A stretch of 64,000 nt of DNA from Dipteris shenzhenensis (Eukaryota): assembly GCA_047967505.1 (NCBI GenBank), contig CM106538.1. One strand, given 5' to 3'. Each line of letters begins with the position of its first letter. Position 1 is the first letter of the stretch. Shown piece by piece: positions 1 to 13,611 of the stretch. The notes under the pieces are model-generated. The model was given only the letters and a program-made list of their open reading frames with translations. It was not told where the DNA came from and did not search any database. A program made the translations under genes and the position numbers.

Positions 1-591
1 CTTACTTCCACATATTCTCACAACTTTGATTGATAGAAGATTTATATGAATTGTCCATGACACCCATGAATCTCCTTGGAAGCAACTCACTTGTCGTTGT
101 TATCATCATCATCATCATAACCATCACCATCACCTTGGGATGCATCAATGGTAGAACCATTTGCGCTAATGTCCTCATCCTCATGCATAGCTTGAGGAGT
201 TAACCACTATTGTTCTTCTAAGGATGCTATGCCTTCACCACCCTCACCAATATATGGTTGCTTAAGTCATGTGGAGGAGATTCATGAGCCTCATTACAAT
301 AATGCGTGCAGATCTTTGTTTCTTCTTTCCTATCCTCCCGTGATGATCCAGCCTAAGAGGAGGAAGAGATGGATAGACCATGAGGGTGAGGACATGAGGG
401 TATAAACCAATCTAATCTTGGGCACATTTGAGCTAAATCTATAGATCAAGTTCCTTGGAGAGTTGAAGATTTCCATTCCCCATAGGAGGATTGAAGCTCA
501 ACTATGCATGCATTCCATGTGTCATGTGATCAAAGTGTCTGGAGCTTGATCTCAAGGATTTGCACTTGGGCCTACCATTGGGCTAAGTGCT

Positions 592-1130
592 TTGAAAGTA
601 GATTTCTCTAAAGAAGTGAAGTATTTGAGACATATTATATCCCAAGAAGGGATTTGTATGTATCCCGAAAAGGTAAGGGCCATATTGGAATGGACACATC
701 CTACAAACCTACAAGAATTGCAAATATTCTTAGGTTTGTCTGGATTTTATAGAAGATTCATCCAAGACTATGCTAAAATTTCTATTCCGACGACAGACCA
801 GCTTAGGGGGAAGGGAAGTACTTTCATATGGGATGAATCTCAAAAGAATAGCTTTGAGAAATTAAAAGTGGCTATAGTTTCTGTTCCTGTCTCAAAGGTA
901 GTGGATCCCAGTGCAGTTGAAATAGACGCTAATGATTTTGTTGTTGGGGTGGTACTTTTACAACCCGTGGCTTTTGAAAGCAAGAAGTTAGACCGTGCCC
1001 AACAGAATTACTCGTCTTATGAGAAGGAAGTTTTGCAATCAGCCAGATCTTAAAGGAAGAAAAGCTAGGTGGGATAAAATAATGCAAGAGTTCGATATCC
1101 AATTGACACATCGGAAGGGGCAGTTCAATT
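592..1130 (+). mobile_element. Ty3/gypsy pol remnant (RT C-terminus and RNase H)
   Basis: ORF 592-1053 has YLRHIISQEGI, FLGLSGFYRRFIQDYAKI, EIDANDFVVGVVLLQ and FESKKLDRAQQNYS. A shifted frame continues with ARW..MQEFDIQLTHRKG. Confidence 0.85.
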
Positions 1131-1341
1131 TGGTTCTTTTGCAAGTTAGTCCATCTAGACTCAACCTTGAGATCGTTTCTTCCTACCTATGATCCTTCCC
1201 TCCAAATTTTTGATAGACTAATCCATAGACAATCTGTCATGATGGAAATATTCCCTCATAAATGTGTCCCCTTGGACATTTTGAGCTCTCTTGCCCCAGC
1301 CAAAACTTCAAGAAGACCTTAGTGGGGCCTTGGACAATGTT

Positions 1342-1350
<9 letters not shown>

Positions 1351-1403
<53 letters not shown>
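1351..1403. repeat. (CT)n microsatellite preceded by a C run
   Basis: Seen directly. Confidence 0.95.
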
Positions 1404-1405
<2 letters not shown>

Positions 1406-3743
1406 AGCATATTCTATTCCCCTTGGGGACACTTCCTCTTCCCCTGGGCATTTGATAGAGCCCTTGCCATTTTTCACACAAGAAGTAAGTTTGAGGGGGA
1501 GCTGAACAGTAGCCTGGGGGTCCATCCGCATACATAAGTGGTCAATACCCTAATCCTGTAAGATGAGACCTAGGTCATCCTATCGAGATATCCAAATCGT
1601 GCCTATCCTTCCTCAACTTAAAAAGAAGGCATTTAAAAACTATAGTCTTTATTGAAGCCATCAATGTACATTTTCTGAGCATGATTAAATAGATAAACCA
1701 TTTAGGGTGAAGACTACTCTAGGCTATCCTTCTTTTGGATTGGTTCTGCACCTCCTTAGCTATCCTAAAAAGAGAAGATTTAGTAATTTCACTTTTAGTT
1801 GTAAGGGGATTTGTAACAACGATTATCCCTATGATGGCTTAGAGGCCATGGAGAGGTTTGGATCATGTGTCTAAGAACAAGAAAAGACAAATGCTACACT
1901 CAACGAAAACTACACGATTGGGGCTTCATCTTCAAAAGCTGACCAAGGACACTCAACTTCATGTTTGCTAACTTTCCATTTGAAGAAAAATTACCAATGG
2001 AAGACCAAGATAATGCCCAATGGAAGACATCTCTCCACCAACTAGGTGCTCTTCTTATGCATATTCATCTAGCCACAAGAAATCCTAGAATCAACCATTC
2101 ATAAGTATTAGAACCACATAGGTGATGCATTATACTTACAATGTTGTATCCATGAAATTACAGGTTGAAAAGACCTTATACTCTGGTGAAAATTTTACCA
2201 AATTCATTTGGATATTTGGCCAAATTCAAAAACCCTTCTTTATGTTGTTTTGTAGTTATAGTTTTCTTTCAGGTCTGGAATTTAATCAATGATATTAGAT
2301 CAACACTACTTTATAAAGCTAGTCTACCCATGGAAATTTGGTATTGTGGAGCCTAACAAGAACGTGGATGCCTAATCCATATGTGTTTTTCCTTGTTTTT
2401 TTGTCAACTTACTAAATCACTTTCACTTTGCTAAAGAGGATTCATTCCTCTTTAGAGATGGTCCCCTCTCTACAGAATGTGAAACTTGATGTCCACCTTT
2501 TTCTTGCTCATAGGGATCTTGATGGTTTCATACAATTTCCACCTAATATAACATTACATTGACATCAACAAAAAAATTACAAACTTGACATGTTTCACAA
2601 TGGTATTAAATTAACAAAAAATCAACAGCAAATTACTTACAAATTTAATTGATCGGAATCTACAAATTTAATTAATTGGAATCTACAAATTCAACAACAC
2701 ATATACTTGACAGCAAACAAGTAATGGAAAGCATGAATAGAAATAAGAATTCAAATAGCTCTAATTATCTAATGATTGTTAATCAAATCAAACATGCTAA
2801 ATTAAAATGAAAGTATTAATAACATTAGCATATATAACATAGTAAAATGACAACAAACAAAACTGATATCGTGGTAATATAGCACATTTAACATGGTAAA
2901 ATGATATTAAAAAAATTTCATATACAAAGAGCACATAAACAATGAATAAAATGAATTTTAAACTATTGAATGCAAAACAAATTAGAATTTAAAATAGACT
3001 ATCTAATGATGGTATCAAACATGCTAATATAAAATATAATTGTCAAAAACATTAGCACATATACATGGCAAAATGACAAAAAATGAAAGTAACATCACAT
3101 ACAAAGAGAAAAAGCAAAACTAAAATCACATAGAAAGACAACATTATAACAAATATAATAAAATTGCATTTAGAAAATTTAGAAGCACATTTGACTTAGT
3201 AAATTACAATAAAACAAAACAAATTACCTTTGTAAAACCACAAACATTGTTAAGCTATTGAATCTAAAATAAATCAAAACTCTGTGGATGAACCATTTGA
3301 GATTTTTGGAATAGGGACATTTGAAGGGGAAATGTGATCCAACAACTTATCCTTCCTAGTGGCCTGTCTTGTATTCTAAACTGAAGTTGATGGAGCTTGC
3401 TCTTAAACAAATTAAACAAATTATATGCTTCTAAACATCTCAAAATATATTGAAACAGTCTTTTGTTGAAAACCACATATTGTAATAGTGTATCTGCTTG
3501 AATACAATTCCAAAACGTGATCTTTAGTCCATAATAGTATTTGAGTTTTCTTTATTGTAATTAGCAACAACAAGGCCCGTTGGCATGAGCTGAATATAGA
3601 GTCGAGGTCCCGTCTTTGAGTCAATTTCAATAAAGAGAGTTTTGTCTATTCGTTATGTTATAATATATTTTCATAGTGCAATCTTTCAAATAAAAATGTG
3701 AACTAGTGCATGCTCGAAAGTTGTGAGGCTCTAAAAGCTAACA

Positions 3744-3822
<79 letters not shown>
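3744..3822. repeat. (GA)n microsatellite
   Basis: Seen directly. Confidence 0.95.
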
Positions 3823-3824
<2 letters not shown>

Positions 3825-4399
3825 TGCTGCCATGGTAGCGGGAAGGGGGGGGAGAGAGAGAGAGAGGCAAGGGAGAGCCCACTAAATGATAAGAGTTTAA
3901 CATGAATATCCATCCCATTATAGGGAGGAGAGAGGAAGAAGCTTCCCACTTTTGAGTCCAAATCTTTTGGAATGTTTCCAAATTTTGAAATATTAATTTA
4001 TGCGAAATCTTGACTTCCATGTCTAGGTGCCTCACAGAAATCCAAGACTATTTTTCAACATGAAAGGCAATAAAATTTGGGTATTGTATAGCCTAAATGA
4101 AAAAGATATTCTCATTTCAACACTAATTTCAAGACATTGGTAACCGCCCTTACTTGAAGATACATGATGATGATGTTGAGGTGAACCATATAAAAACCTG
4201 CTAGTAGACTAGTGGAGAATTTCTTTGATGTGGAATATATAGAGCTTGTGGAGAGAAACCTTCAAAGCTTACCCCCCTTGTTTGAAGGTCTTCACATAGT
4301 AGTGATTGTTAGAGGCTAAGTTATTGTTACCCCCCTTGTTGATTGAAGGTCTTCACATAGTAGTGATTGTTAGAGGCCATATGAATTGACCAACCTATT

Positions 4400-6100
4400 G
4401 ATCCATGAAGAGGATGATGGAAAGGTGCATGGAATGTGCTAAAGGTAGATTAGTTACAAAGCTATGAATATGTAGCCAAAAAGTGAGAAGACTTGGAGAT
4501 ATGCATAGCATGGTAGTTCATGATTGGTAGAACAACAGGAAGCAAGGAGACAGTGCTACCAATGATTTAATTGTTATGACGAGCAACAAAAAATCTCTAA
4601 TTTTGATAGCTTAAACATTTTCCCAATCTTGACACCTTTAGCAATAATAGAACAAGGATTGTGAAGCTCCTAGCATATGCATCCATATTTGTTGAAGAAA
4701 ACTCTAATACTATTCCCAATCATTTAACCAATAGAAAGGAGATTTTATGTGATGCCTGGAACTTATAATGTATCACCAATAAATTCTATAGTATTTGCAT
4801 TGCTATGTAGTGGTAGGCTTTCAATTCCTTCAATTTTATGACATGTGCTGTCACCATGGTAACATTCTCAATCTATTTGGATGTAGTTCTAAAATTAGTA
4901 CCTTTCAAAAGTCATGTGGTTTCTTGCACCTCCAAGTATTCTCCATCTCTAAGTAGTTCTAAGAACCAATACTTTTCAAGAGTCACGTGGTTTCTTGCAC
5001 CTCCAAGTATTCTCCATCTTTGTAATTTTCATTAATTGGCTTCTATACAATGGCATCATGAGAAATGAGAGCGGTGTGCTAGAATCGATATGGAGAAATA
5101 TGTTGACAATGGTCATTAGCATAATGCGTAAGTTCTTTTACTTTGCTTGCCCTCAACTTTGATATTGATTAGCATTTCTACTATTTCACCACTTATTGTC
5201 TCTTTTTGCATTCAGGTTCTCAAGGCTTTCAGATACCACAACAATGACAAATTGCATACCTTTGCAGGTGCATTGGTTTGATTATATCCTCTTATAGGAC
5301 TTCCTCTACCTTTGGAATTTCATGCGGACCTTGATCATGTTGATTATGATAACCCGGTGAACTATGCAGATTGATAGTTATGGGTTGTCTGCTGCCAGAG
5401 TCATGTGGAAAGTATCCTTTGGCTGGATTGTTGAATCTACGTGAATTTCTTCCTTTCCCCATACATATTCTTTTCCTTTGGCAAAGAATTCTTGATCATG
5501 GCTTTCAGTATTACTATTTGCACCTCTTCTTATTTGCTCCTGCATAAGCATGTTCATAAGCATGTTTGACATAATATCAAAGGATGGTAGTGCATTTCTG
5601 GTGGCCATTACTATGACAAAATAATCATAGTCTTGGCCTAAACCATTTAGTGCAATTTGCAGTAAATGTTCTATCTGTTCTCTTGACCAATGGTTGTTAG
5701 TTGAACTTCTATGTCCTTTGGTCTTAATAGGCAATTTGGAGCTATCTTTGTCTTTTTCTACAACTTGATTGCATTGTTGAACTGATTTTTAAGCATAATG
5801 ATTTTAGACATGTTATTTTCATTAAGTTGATTCTCAATATATTTCCACACATGTACGGCTAAATTTTTATCTCTAATGGTAGGAATTATGATATCTTAGT
5901 TGATGAGATCGTTCCAACTATGCTTTCTCATCCCCTTCACTTTATTCTTACTTAAAGTTGGCTAAGTGTCAATGGCATTATTGAAGTTGATGTAGGAGGT
6001 TCTAGTCTCTTCTCTTATAATTTTGTTATGATATTCCACCACTCTTTCACTTAGAAAATGTTCATAAGTTTGAGCTTCCAATTACCATAATTATGGTTCT
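4400..6100 (-). mobile_element. Highly decayed Ty1/copia gag-protease-integrase remnant
   Basis: ORF 5378-5734 has gag-like LQIALNGLGQDYDYFV. Protease-like HIDSS lies near 5090 and pre-integrase-like IWMHMLG near 4640. Many stops. Confidence 0.55.
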
Positions 6101-9100
6101 AGAAAAAAAAATCCTCTCATTATGTGACTTTGCCATACACAACAAGTGTAATCAACTGCAAATAAGGCCTTTGTCTTGCAAAAAGTAATACTTTCAGTGA
6201 AGGAAGGATACCAATGAAAATGAACAAAATTTGACCAATTTGTGGGAAAATTTGCTAAAGATAGTGACAAAAATTGATACAAGAGTTATAGTTTAGTTAT
6301 ATGAGCCTTGGAATAGCCAAAATGGCTTTAGAATAATAGATCTTGATATGCTCATTGAGTTAATAAAAAAAGTATTAAAAGTTGATAAGAATGACCAAGA
6401 TATGGCCAAAGTAGTTGAAAATAGCTTGCTGTGATGATAGGTGCATCGATTGCTGTGAATAATGATCCTCGAAAAGAGTATTTATAGAGAATTATATTAA
6501 AAAAATTTTAACTTTCTATGTGTGAAATATCAATTCAAAATGGACTCAATTTGGATGCAAAATGGCTAAGGTATGGATGTACAAAAATAGGCAATTTTAA
6601 GGGGCTAATTGACTAGTTAAGGAATCTATATTATGGGTGACCAAATGGTTACAGGGACCAACTGCAATAACTAATAGTGCTTGATTAAATTTTGTGAGTT
6701 GGATCTCCAGGGATCTCCAGCCTAACCTATGAATTCAATTTCCAATGCATGGTGCATAAAAATGATGACTTTGCAAATAGGTGCATATGCAATGTGTGCT
6801 AGTGGTGTGGTGTCCTTAGCATATGTATGCATGTGTTGCAAAGGTGTTGAAACACACTAGTGCTTGTTTAGAACACTGTGCTTAAGAGGAAAAATGATGA
6901 GGTGGCCATATTTGCCATGTGTATATTGTATCTGATACTCTATCCTACCGTGTGTTAACCAAACACAGATGGTGACATGTCAAGTTTTCTTGAAGAGGCT
7001 TTTTGCAAAAAGGGGAGTCAATGGCAATTGTGATGAGGAGTGGTAAGGCACTACAATAACATGCAGTGCGCTTAGTAAAGCACAACAAATGATTACACAT
7101 CTTAAATCATGTGGCTTATATACATCTGCCATGTGTTGGGGCCTCTTGAGAGGGTCTTGGCACATCACCACCTAGCTAGCCCACAAAGTTACTCAACCTC
7201 AAAAATCTTCACTAGTATTTGAGGCCTTCTCTCCATTAGGCATTATATCCCTTCTAGCTTGTGCTACCCAGTTGTATCTGGGATTAACCCTTGTGGCCAT
7301 TGCCACATGTCCTTTCCGACGTGAGGTGCATTATGGCCTTCCACTTTATGTTCTAACACCCTCTCTTGATCTTCACCTGAGGAACCAAGGTAATTGAATG
7401 CCAAACCTCCCTCAATCTGGAGAGGGTGCATGATAATGTAGTAGAGCCATGTCTTCTTCTCTATGAGGCACATTCCACATGAGCTACCCTTGTTTAGCTA
7501 GAGCTGTGTTGCATTTGTGCATGGAGGTTCAGTTTGACTATTGCCAAGTGTGTCGTGTTTTGCTCTACCCCACTTCCATGTGGGCATGAGCAGTTGTCCT
7601 CATTCGAATCTTGATAGATGACTCCTACTAACTTGGTAGAGTAGGCCATAGGATGCCCATGAAACTAAAGTGGTTAAAATCTATCATTTTGTGTTTTTTT
7701 GATTGTTTCCACTTGTATGAATCTATCACCAACCATGTGGCACAACTATCCCACATGTCGAGGCTTCACAAGGGGCTCATGTGCCAAACAACGACGTTGC
7801 CAAAACTCAAACAACCCGGGCAGAAGGGGCTCAGAGCACCTTGCCCTCCTCTTCACCCTCCCTCGTTTGCCAATCAATGCAGGGCCAGCACATGGCTTGG
7901 CATCCTCTCTTTGTATGCCACTTTTGGATGCCTCTCATTATCATCGTGCACTTCAATGAGAGTAGCTTCTAGATTACAATTATCTAGTAGCTCATGCTTT
8001 TTGGCCCTGCAAGGGGCCTATGGGATGACTCATATTTTGTGTAGATGTTGGCTTTTCTTTGAGGAAAGTCGTGCAAACCTAGTTAGCACTACTTAAGTTG
8101 GATTAGAATTAATTTAATTAGGCTTGTATAGTTAGTACTAATGGGGATGTGGTTAGTGGGAATCCTATGCTAACCCTATCCCCCTTTCCCCTCTATCTCT
8201 CTTTGGCGGATCATTCTCTCCCTCTATTCAGTCTCTAACGTGCTCTCATGTGCTCCACTCTGCTTCTTTTGGGTCCTCCTTGCTCCTCTTTGTGCTCCCT
8301 TTGCTATACTCTCTATTCTATGACACGCTCGCATCTTTTGTTTGTCTTTCTGACTGGTGGCTATGGGCTTCTACTTCACTGCTACAAACGGGTTGCTGCA
8401 TCCAACATATTTGGTAACGATTCATATAGTGGCAGCTTTGTTTGGTGCTGGCGATGGCTCTATGTTGGTTGCATGAGGGATTCGGGGAGTGTGTATGGTG
8501 GAGCCACATCCGACTACCATCCTTCAAAGAGGTAATAATCATTCCTGTGAGATTTGCAAATGTTTACATGCCTTTCTCTACAATTCTGATGATTTCTTGA
8601 ATACATGCAGAGAGTATTTGCTTCGCCACTCATTTGACCCTCTCCAAATGAAACTTTGCACTGCTCTTATGCATACTTGCTTCCAAGTCGGATTACTATA
8701 GATATGGGGCATTGGTTTTTGTGTCACTGTTGTGTTCTTAGTTAATGTCTGTTAACAGGTATATTTTGCGAAACTTATGATCGAGGGTAAGGATTACTTA
8801 CCCTTGGTTTCTTGTTTGCAAGTAGCGGCCATCGCAACTACAAACATGTAAACAATCCTTCATCGTCCCAAAGTTTTTTAACCTCTGTGTTCATTTTAGA
8901 ATCTTCTGATCTCTTCTATTCTGCCAAATATCGGATTTATAGTTGTTAGGCTAGTAACCAGATGCATGTTTTCTTGGTAGTGTCCATGCATGTCCCAAAA
9001 ACTGAGTCCTATGGTGGAATGATCTTCCCAAATCGTGTTTTTAGACAGTTAATATAGTTCCGTTCCTTTTCTCTATCTTTGTACAAGATCATGCGATTCT

Positions 9101-10299
9101 CGTGAGCACACATGCCATCATGTTTGTAATGGTGTACACACATTTATAAATAGTGGTACCCATTGTACTTCTCTCATTGGCAGCTTATGTTTCCTTCTCT
9201 CTCGATCTCTTGTGCAAATTTAGATGTGGAAATGGCCAACTATGAAGGTTCGTGTCCTTACGAATCCCTATTTCGAGCTTCGGATATAGCTTCTCCTCTC
9301 TTTGAACATTCTATGGTTAACATGTAATACTATATTTCTATCATCATTATGGTCCATAGAGGTGTAGGATGAGTAGTTGATCTATGGTAAACCTTTTAGA
9401 TATTCTGCGCTTGCTTATGCCTTTATGTTCACTAATCCATAGCAATATTTCGACCAGAAGTCTTCATTAGGATTACTGTTCCTTTTGTCTTTAATGTTTG
9501 AACTTTCTTAGTTATAGCCTATAATGCATGATAGAGGAAACTTTTTTAGTCAATTGTTAGAGAGAACTATGTAGTTGAACCCCTTGCCTCAATTTTACTA
9601 TCTTAACATTGAGGACTTGAAATAGTGCTTCTAAGCACTTTAGGTATTTTTCAAGTTTTAGCTCACCACACAAGTTAATTAAAGTGTGGTTTTTAAAATC
9701 TGTTTTCATCTCAGAAACATTCCAAGAGGTTGCAGTTTGTATAAACGTTGAATCATTTCCTGTCACAAGTCCAGTATACCATATATTCTAAAAAACTTTG
9801 ATTAGATTTCTAAAATATATTAGACAAAAAGGCAATGTAAAATTTCTTAAAGACCTCTTCTAAATATATTAGACAGAAAGGCCATCTAAAAGTATATTAG
9901 ACAGAAAGGCAATGTAAAATTTTTGAAGACCTCGTCTAAATCTATATACGTGGTTACCATAACCAATTTGTTGAATATGTATAAGAAACACTCTTAACAG
10001 CTTACTTGAGAGATCTAGATCTTTAATTGGGGCAATTATTATAGCATCCAGCATGCTAAGAGTGATAGGTTGTGTATCCCTCTTGATAGGTTGTGTATTT
10101 CTTAATATGAACTGACATTCACCAAAAGACTTGAAATGGTTTGTTACCTTTAAGTAGTTTGACCTTCTATTACTCCAAAAAGTAAGCTAGAGAAGGTATC
10201 AAAGGTGAAGTTAGATAAAAAAGTAAGTATAACTTCAAATATTGCAAAAAAAATTGTACATATAATAAACCACTTACAGTAATAAGATCATCAGCCAGC

Positions 10300-11300
10300 G
10301 CACCATCACCTATTATAAGGCCATCCCTTTACTTGAAGGAGGTTCCCAACTTGATAATAGTCAGAGCCAATGTTGCCAATGGAAATTGATTACCCTCACC
10401 TTTGTTGATGAGGTCCTTACAAGTTTCCTTGTGTTTGAAGATAGAATGTTTAGGGAGAAACTAGGGCTCTACCACAAAGTATGGAATCCTTTGAAGGCGA
10501 GTAGAGGGATCAAATGTTAAGGTATAATTTGATGTCCCTCCATCATTCCTCACATTCTTCACACAAACAGAAAAGTTGAACACACGGACGCAATCCCTAC
10601 ATTCCAAGTCTTAATAAAATCAATATAGTGAACCTCATCAATTTATAGAGTTATGCATCCAATGCCCTTTCTATCTACCAAGTCAACTTTAAAAGATTTT
10701 GGGTATGAGACATTCTGCAACATAAAGGTGCCATACTTATTGGAGTACCTTGCCTTCAAACACTCCATTCTTAAGACATAAGTCTATGTCTTGGACACAC
10801 AAGGGATTATTATGAGGAGGCAGTATTGGGGTTGGCTTTTCATCGTCATTCCAGTTTTGAGGTGACCCTGGTGGGGTTAATGGCAAGGGGTCTACATGAC
10901 AAACAGGGTTTGAACTTTCACGTCCAAAGTTGAGGGTCTTGGCCCTATCTTGGATTTCTTATCCTTGATGGGGCTAACTTAACGGGGGAAGACCTTTTGA
11001 TAAACTGCCTATAGGTAGGAGATCCTTTCACAAATGGAGGAGGAGAAGCTACAAGAAGGGAGGCTACACCATGTAATAAGGAGAGGCTAGTATTGTGACT
11101 GGTGATAGGAGAGGACTTCACTGGTCAACAAGCATCATCTTTTTCCTTAAGAGAGAATTGATTTGCCATAGAAACAACAATAAATTTTAGAAAGGGTGTC
11201 CTTTTAAAAGGGCACATAAACCACAATGTCCATCATGATTGAAGTGAACTACGATGCATATGACATCAAAAATTAGTTGTTGGTAGACACTACTTTGCAA
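10300..11300 (-). mobile_element. Possible LINE (L1-like) ORF1/endonuclease junction remnant
   Basis: The minus strand near 10595-10615 reads IKTWNVG, resembling the I-x-(S/T)WNVRG start of LINE APE endonucleases. The rest is degenerate. Confidence 0.3.
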
Positions 11301-12534
11301 CTATAACAGTAAGCAAATACATCATCTTAATAGAAATCTTCGTGCAAAAAAAACTCAAATTTAAATCCTCTACTAAATACTTGCACAACTATGAAAGTAG
11401 CATTCCAGATTAAAAACTTACAATTTCAACAAATTTTAAGAGAACTTCATACACAAAAAATGTTATTAATTTTTTATTAAAATGCCAGTATTGCCAGATT
11501 CATCTGTCTACTGACTGCAAACAAGAGAAAAAAATGCTAGTTTTGCCAATATAAAATGTCTACTGACTTAATCAGCATAATATGCCAGTTTTGCCACTTT
11601 TCATCGTCCATTAGCTAAGTTTCTAAGTAAAATAGTCTACTCTCATCACTAAAACAAAAGCAAAAACTGTCTTATAGTTTCAACCTCCCTAACATTTTCC
11701 AAAAATAAAAAAATAATGTTCAAAATTGTGAACAAATGACAGCTTTTCAATACATCTCTTATCTTCACTTTAAATTTATATGCCATTATCATTTGACAAC
11801 ACCAAAAGATATTACTTTCAAAGATATATAATATTTTCAAGGAGGCCAAAAATCTTTAGATAGCTTGATAAGTTGTTTTGTATGGCATGTGACAAGAACA
11901 CAACCCTGCTGAAAATTCCCAAGATCAAAGGTGTGTGATTACCACAACTGACGGAGCAAAAATCAAAGTCATTTGAAAGATGCCATTGGGGACAAGGTTC
12001 TCTAGCTATCCTCTTTATTCATACAACTCCTTGAGAAGAATACCCAATACCTTATGTCCTAGCTTTTCAGCAAGAAAGTAGAGGGTCATTTCCTAACAAA
12101 TATGTTTGGAATGGTTATGTGCTTTATTATTGCAAAACCTGAGCTTGAATAAAGCTATCTGATGCTAAGTTGCATTAATTCGCTCGATTTTTTTTTTCAA
12201 TTCGAAAAAATGCAAAAAATCGCAATTTTCCCGAATTAAAATGAATCCAACGATTTTTCCTAATTTATTCGTACGAATAAACGATGTTATTCATACGAAT
12301 AAACATAGTATAAATTTGAAACAATTGTTATTTTTGGTATTCGTACAAATACATTCAGCTGTATTCTTGAGCCACCTGCTTGCCTGCCTGCCACCTCTTG
12401 GTTGCCTACCTGCTACCTCTTGCTTACTTCCATACCTACCAGCTCTCGTCATAGGTACCTGACTGCACCTTAATTTTGTTATAGTCTTTCGTTAGTAATC
12501 AATGTATCTCTCTCTATTGTTTTGTTTAAGACTC

Positions 12535-13140
12535 TGGCACTCATCTCTCTTAGGAGAGTTGTGTGTTGCAGTGTTTTTAAATTGTTTAATATTTATTTTT
12601 TATTGTATTTAAGTGTGTAGATAGGTTGGCACTCATCTCTCTTGTGAGAGTGTGTTGCAGTCTATTTTTGTCATGTGTTGCAATTTTAATTATAATATAA
12701 ATGATTATCTTTTACTTGAGATTGGCACTCCTCTCTCTTAAGAGAGTTGTGTGTTGCAGTCTCAGTTTGTATAAAAATGTTTGTTTGTAGGAACTCTTCG
12801 GCTAGCACTCATCTCTCTTAAGAGAGTTGTGTGTTACAGTCCAAGCTTAGTGATGTTTTCATAGATGCTTATTATGGCACTCATCTCTCCCTTGAGAGTT
12901 GTGTGTTACAGTCTAAGTTTAGAGATGTTTTCAAGTACTTAGTCTGGCACTCAAGTGTCCCTTGATAGTTGTGTGTTGCAGTCTAAGTTAGATATCATGC
13001 GACGTCATCTTAGACACTTAGTCTAGCACTCAACTGTCCCTGGAGAATTGTGTGTTGCAGCCTAAGTTAGAAATCATGTGATGTGCTTTTAGACACTTAG
13101 TCTGGCACTCAATTGTCCCTTGATAGTTGCGTGTTGCAGT
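12535..13140. repeat. Array of 8 ~38-bp imperfect palindromic repeats with 32-61 bp spacers
   Basis: Consensus TGGCACTCATCTCTCTTAAGAGAGTTGTGTGTTGCAGT, starting at 12535, 12627, 12723, 12803, 12875, 12945, 13024 and 13103. A degenerate ninth copy lies at 13322-13356. Confidence 0.9.
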
Positions 13141-13371
13141 TGAAGCCTAGTGTTAGATGGTGAAGTCCACGATTAGGTTATACCTAGGTCATTTTTTGTG
13201 TTTTGATTTTCTATAGTATGTTACATGATTTGAGGCTTGAGTTTGAGTTGAGAGGTTATACCTAAAGTTCTTAGACTGCTTGCATTTCTTAGACTGCTTG
13301 CATTGATTTTCTTATTGCACCTGGCACTGAATTCTTTTTTGAATTTTGTGTTGCAGCTTACTGCATATGAG

Positions 13372-13611
13372 ATGGCTCACGCCGGTGAGAAGAGGAAGTG
13401 TCAACAACCTGATCTCACAAAGTCTCAGAGGAAGGTGCTAAAAAATGAGAATGTACACTTCTTAATGAATGTCAATCAGGACATCATTGAGACAGCTTTC
13501 CAAAATGGTGAAAGTGGTGTACAAAATTTGGTGAGGACAATGGTAGAGCATGGAGGGAGGACCTTGCGTGATCGATTTCCAGATGTTTTCACAGTAGAGT
13601 CTATAGACTAG
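13372..13611 (+). pseudogene. Unknown ORF (MAHAGEKRK...), possibly a transposon accessory or captured gene
   Basis: The ATG follows a strong TGTTGCAG acceptor ending at 13356. The region is partly duplicated and no family was recognised. Confidence 0.35.

Noticed and set aside
4272-5020. Short direct duplications (4272/4330 and 4909/4980) as functional repeats
   Set aside because: Two-copy slippage duplications inside a dead copia, like those at about 9820, 20853, 29087, 48857 and 55276.
7200-9500. Specific TE or gene assignment
   Set aside because: It looks like decayed retroelement sequence, but no motif was clear enough to support a call. The same applies to 47640-48760.
12535-13140. Bona fide CRISPR array
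   Set aside because: The context is eukaryotic, no cas genes are present, the repeats drift along the array, and spacers 4-7 are related to each other.
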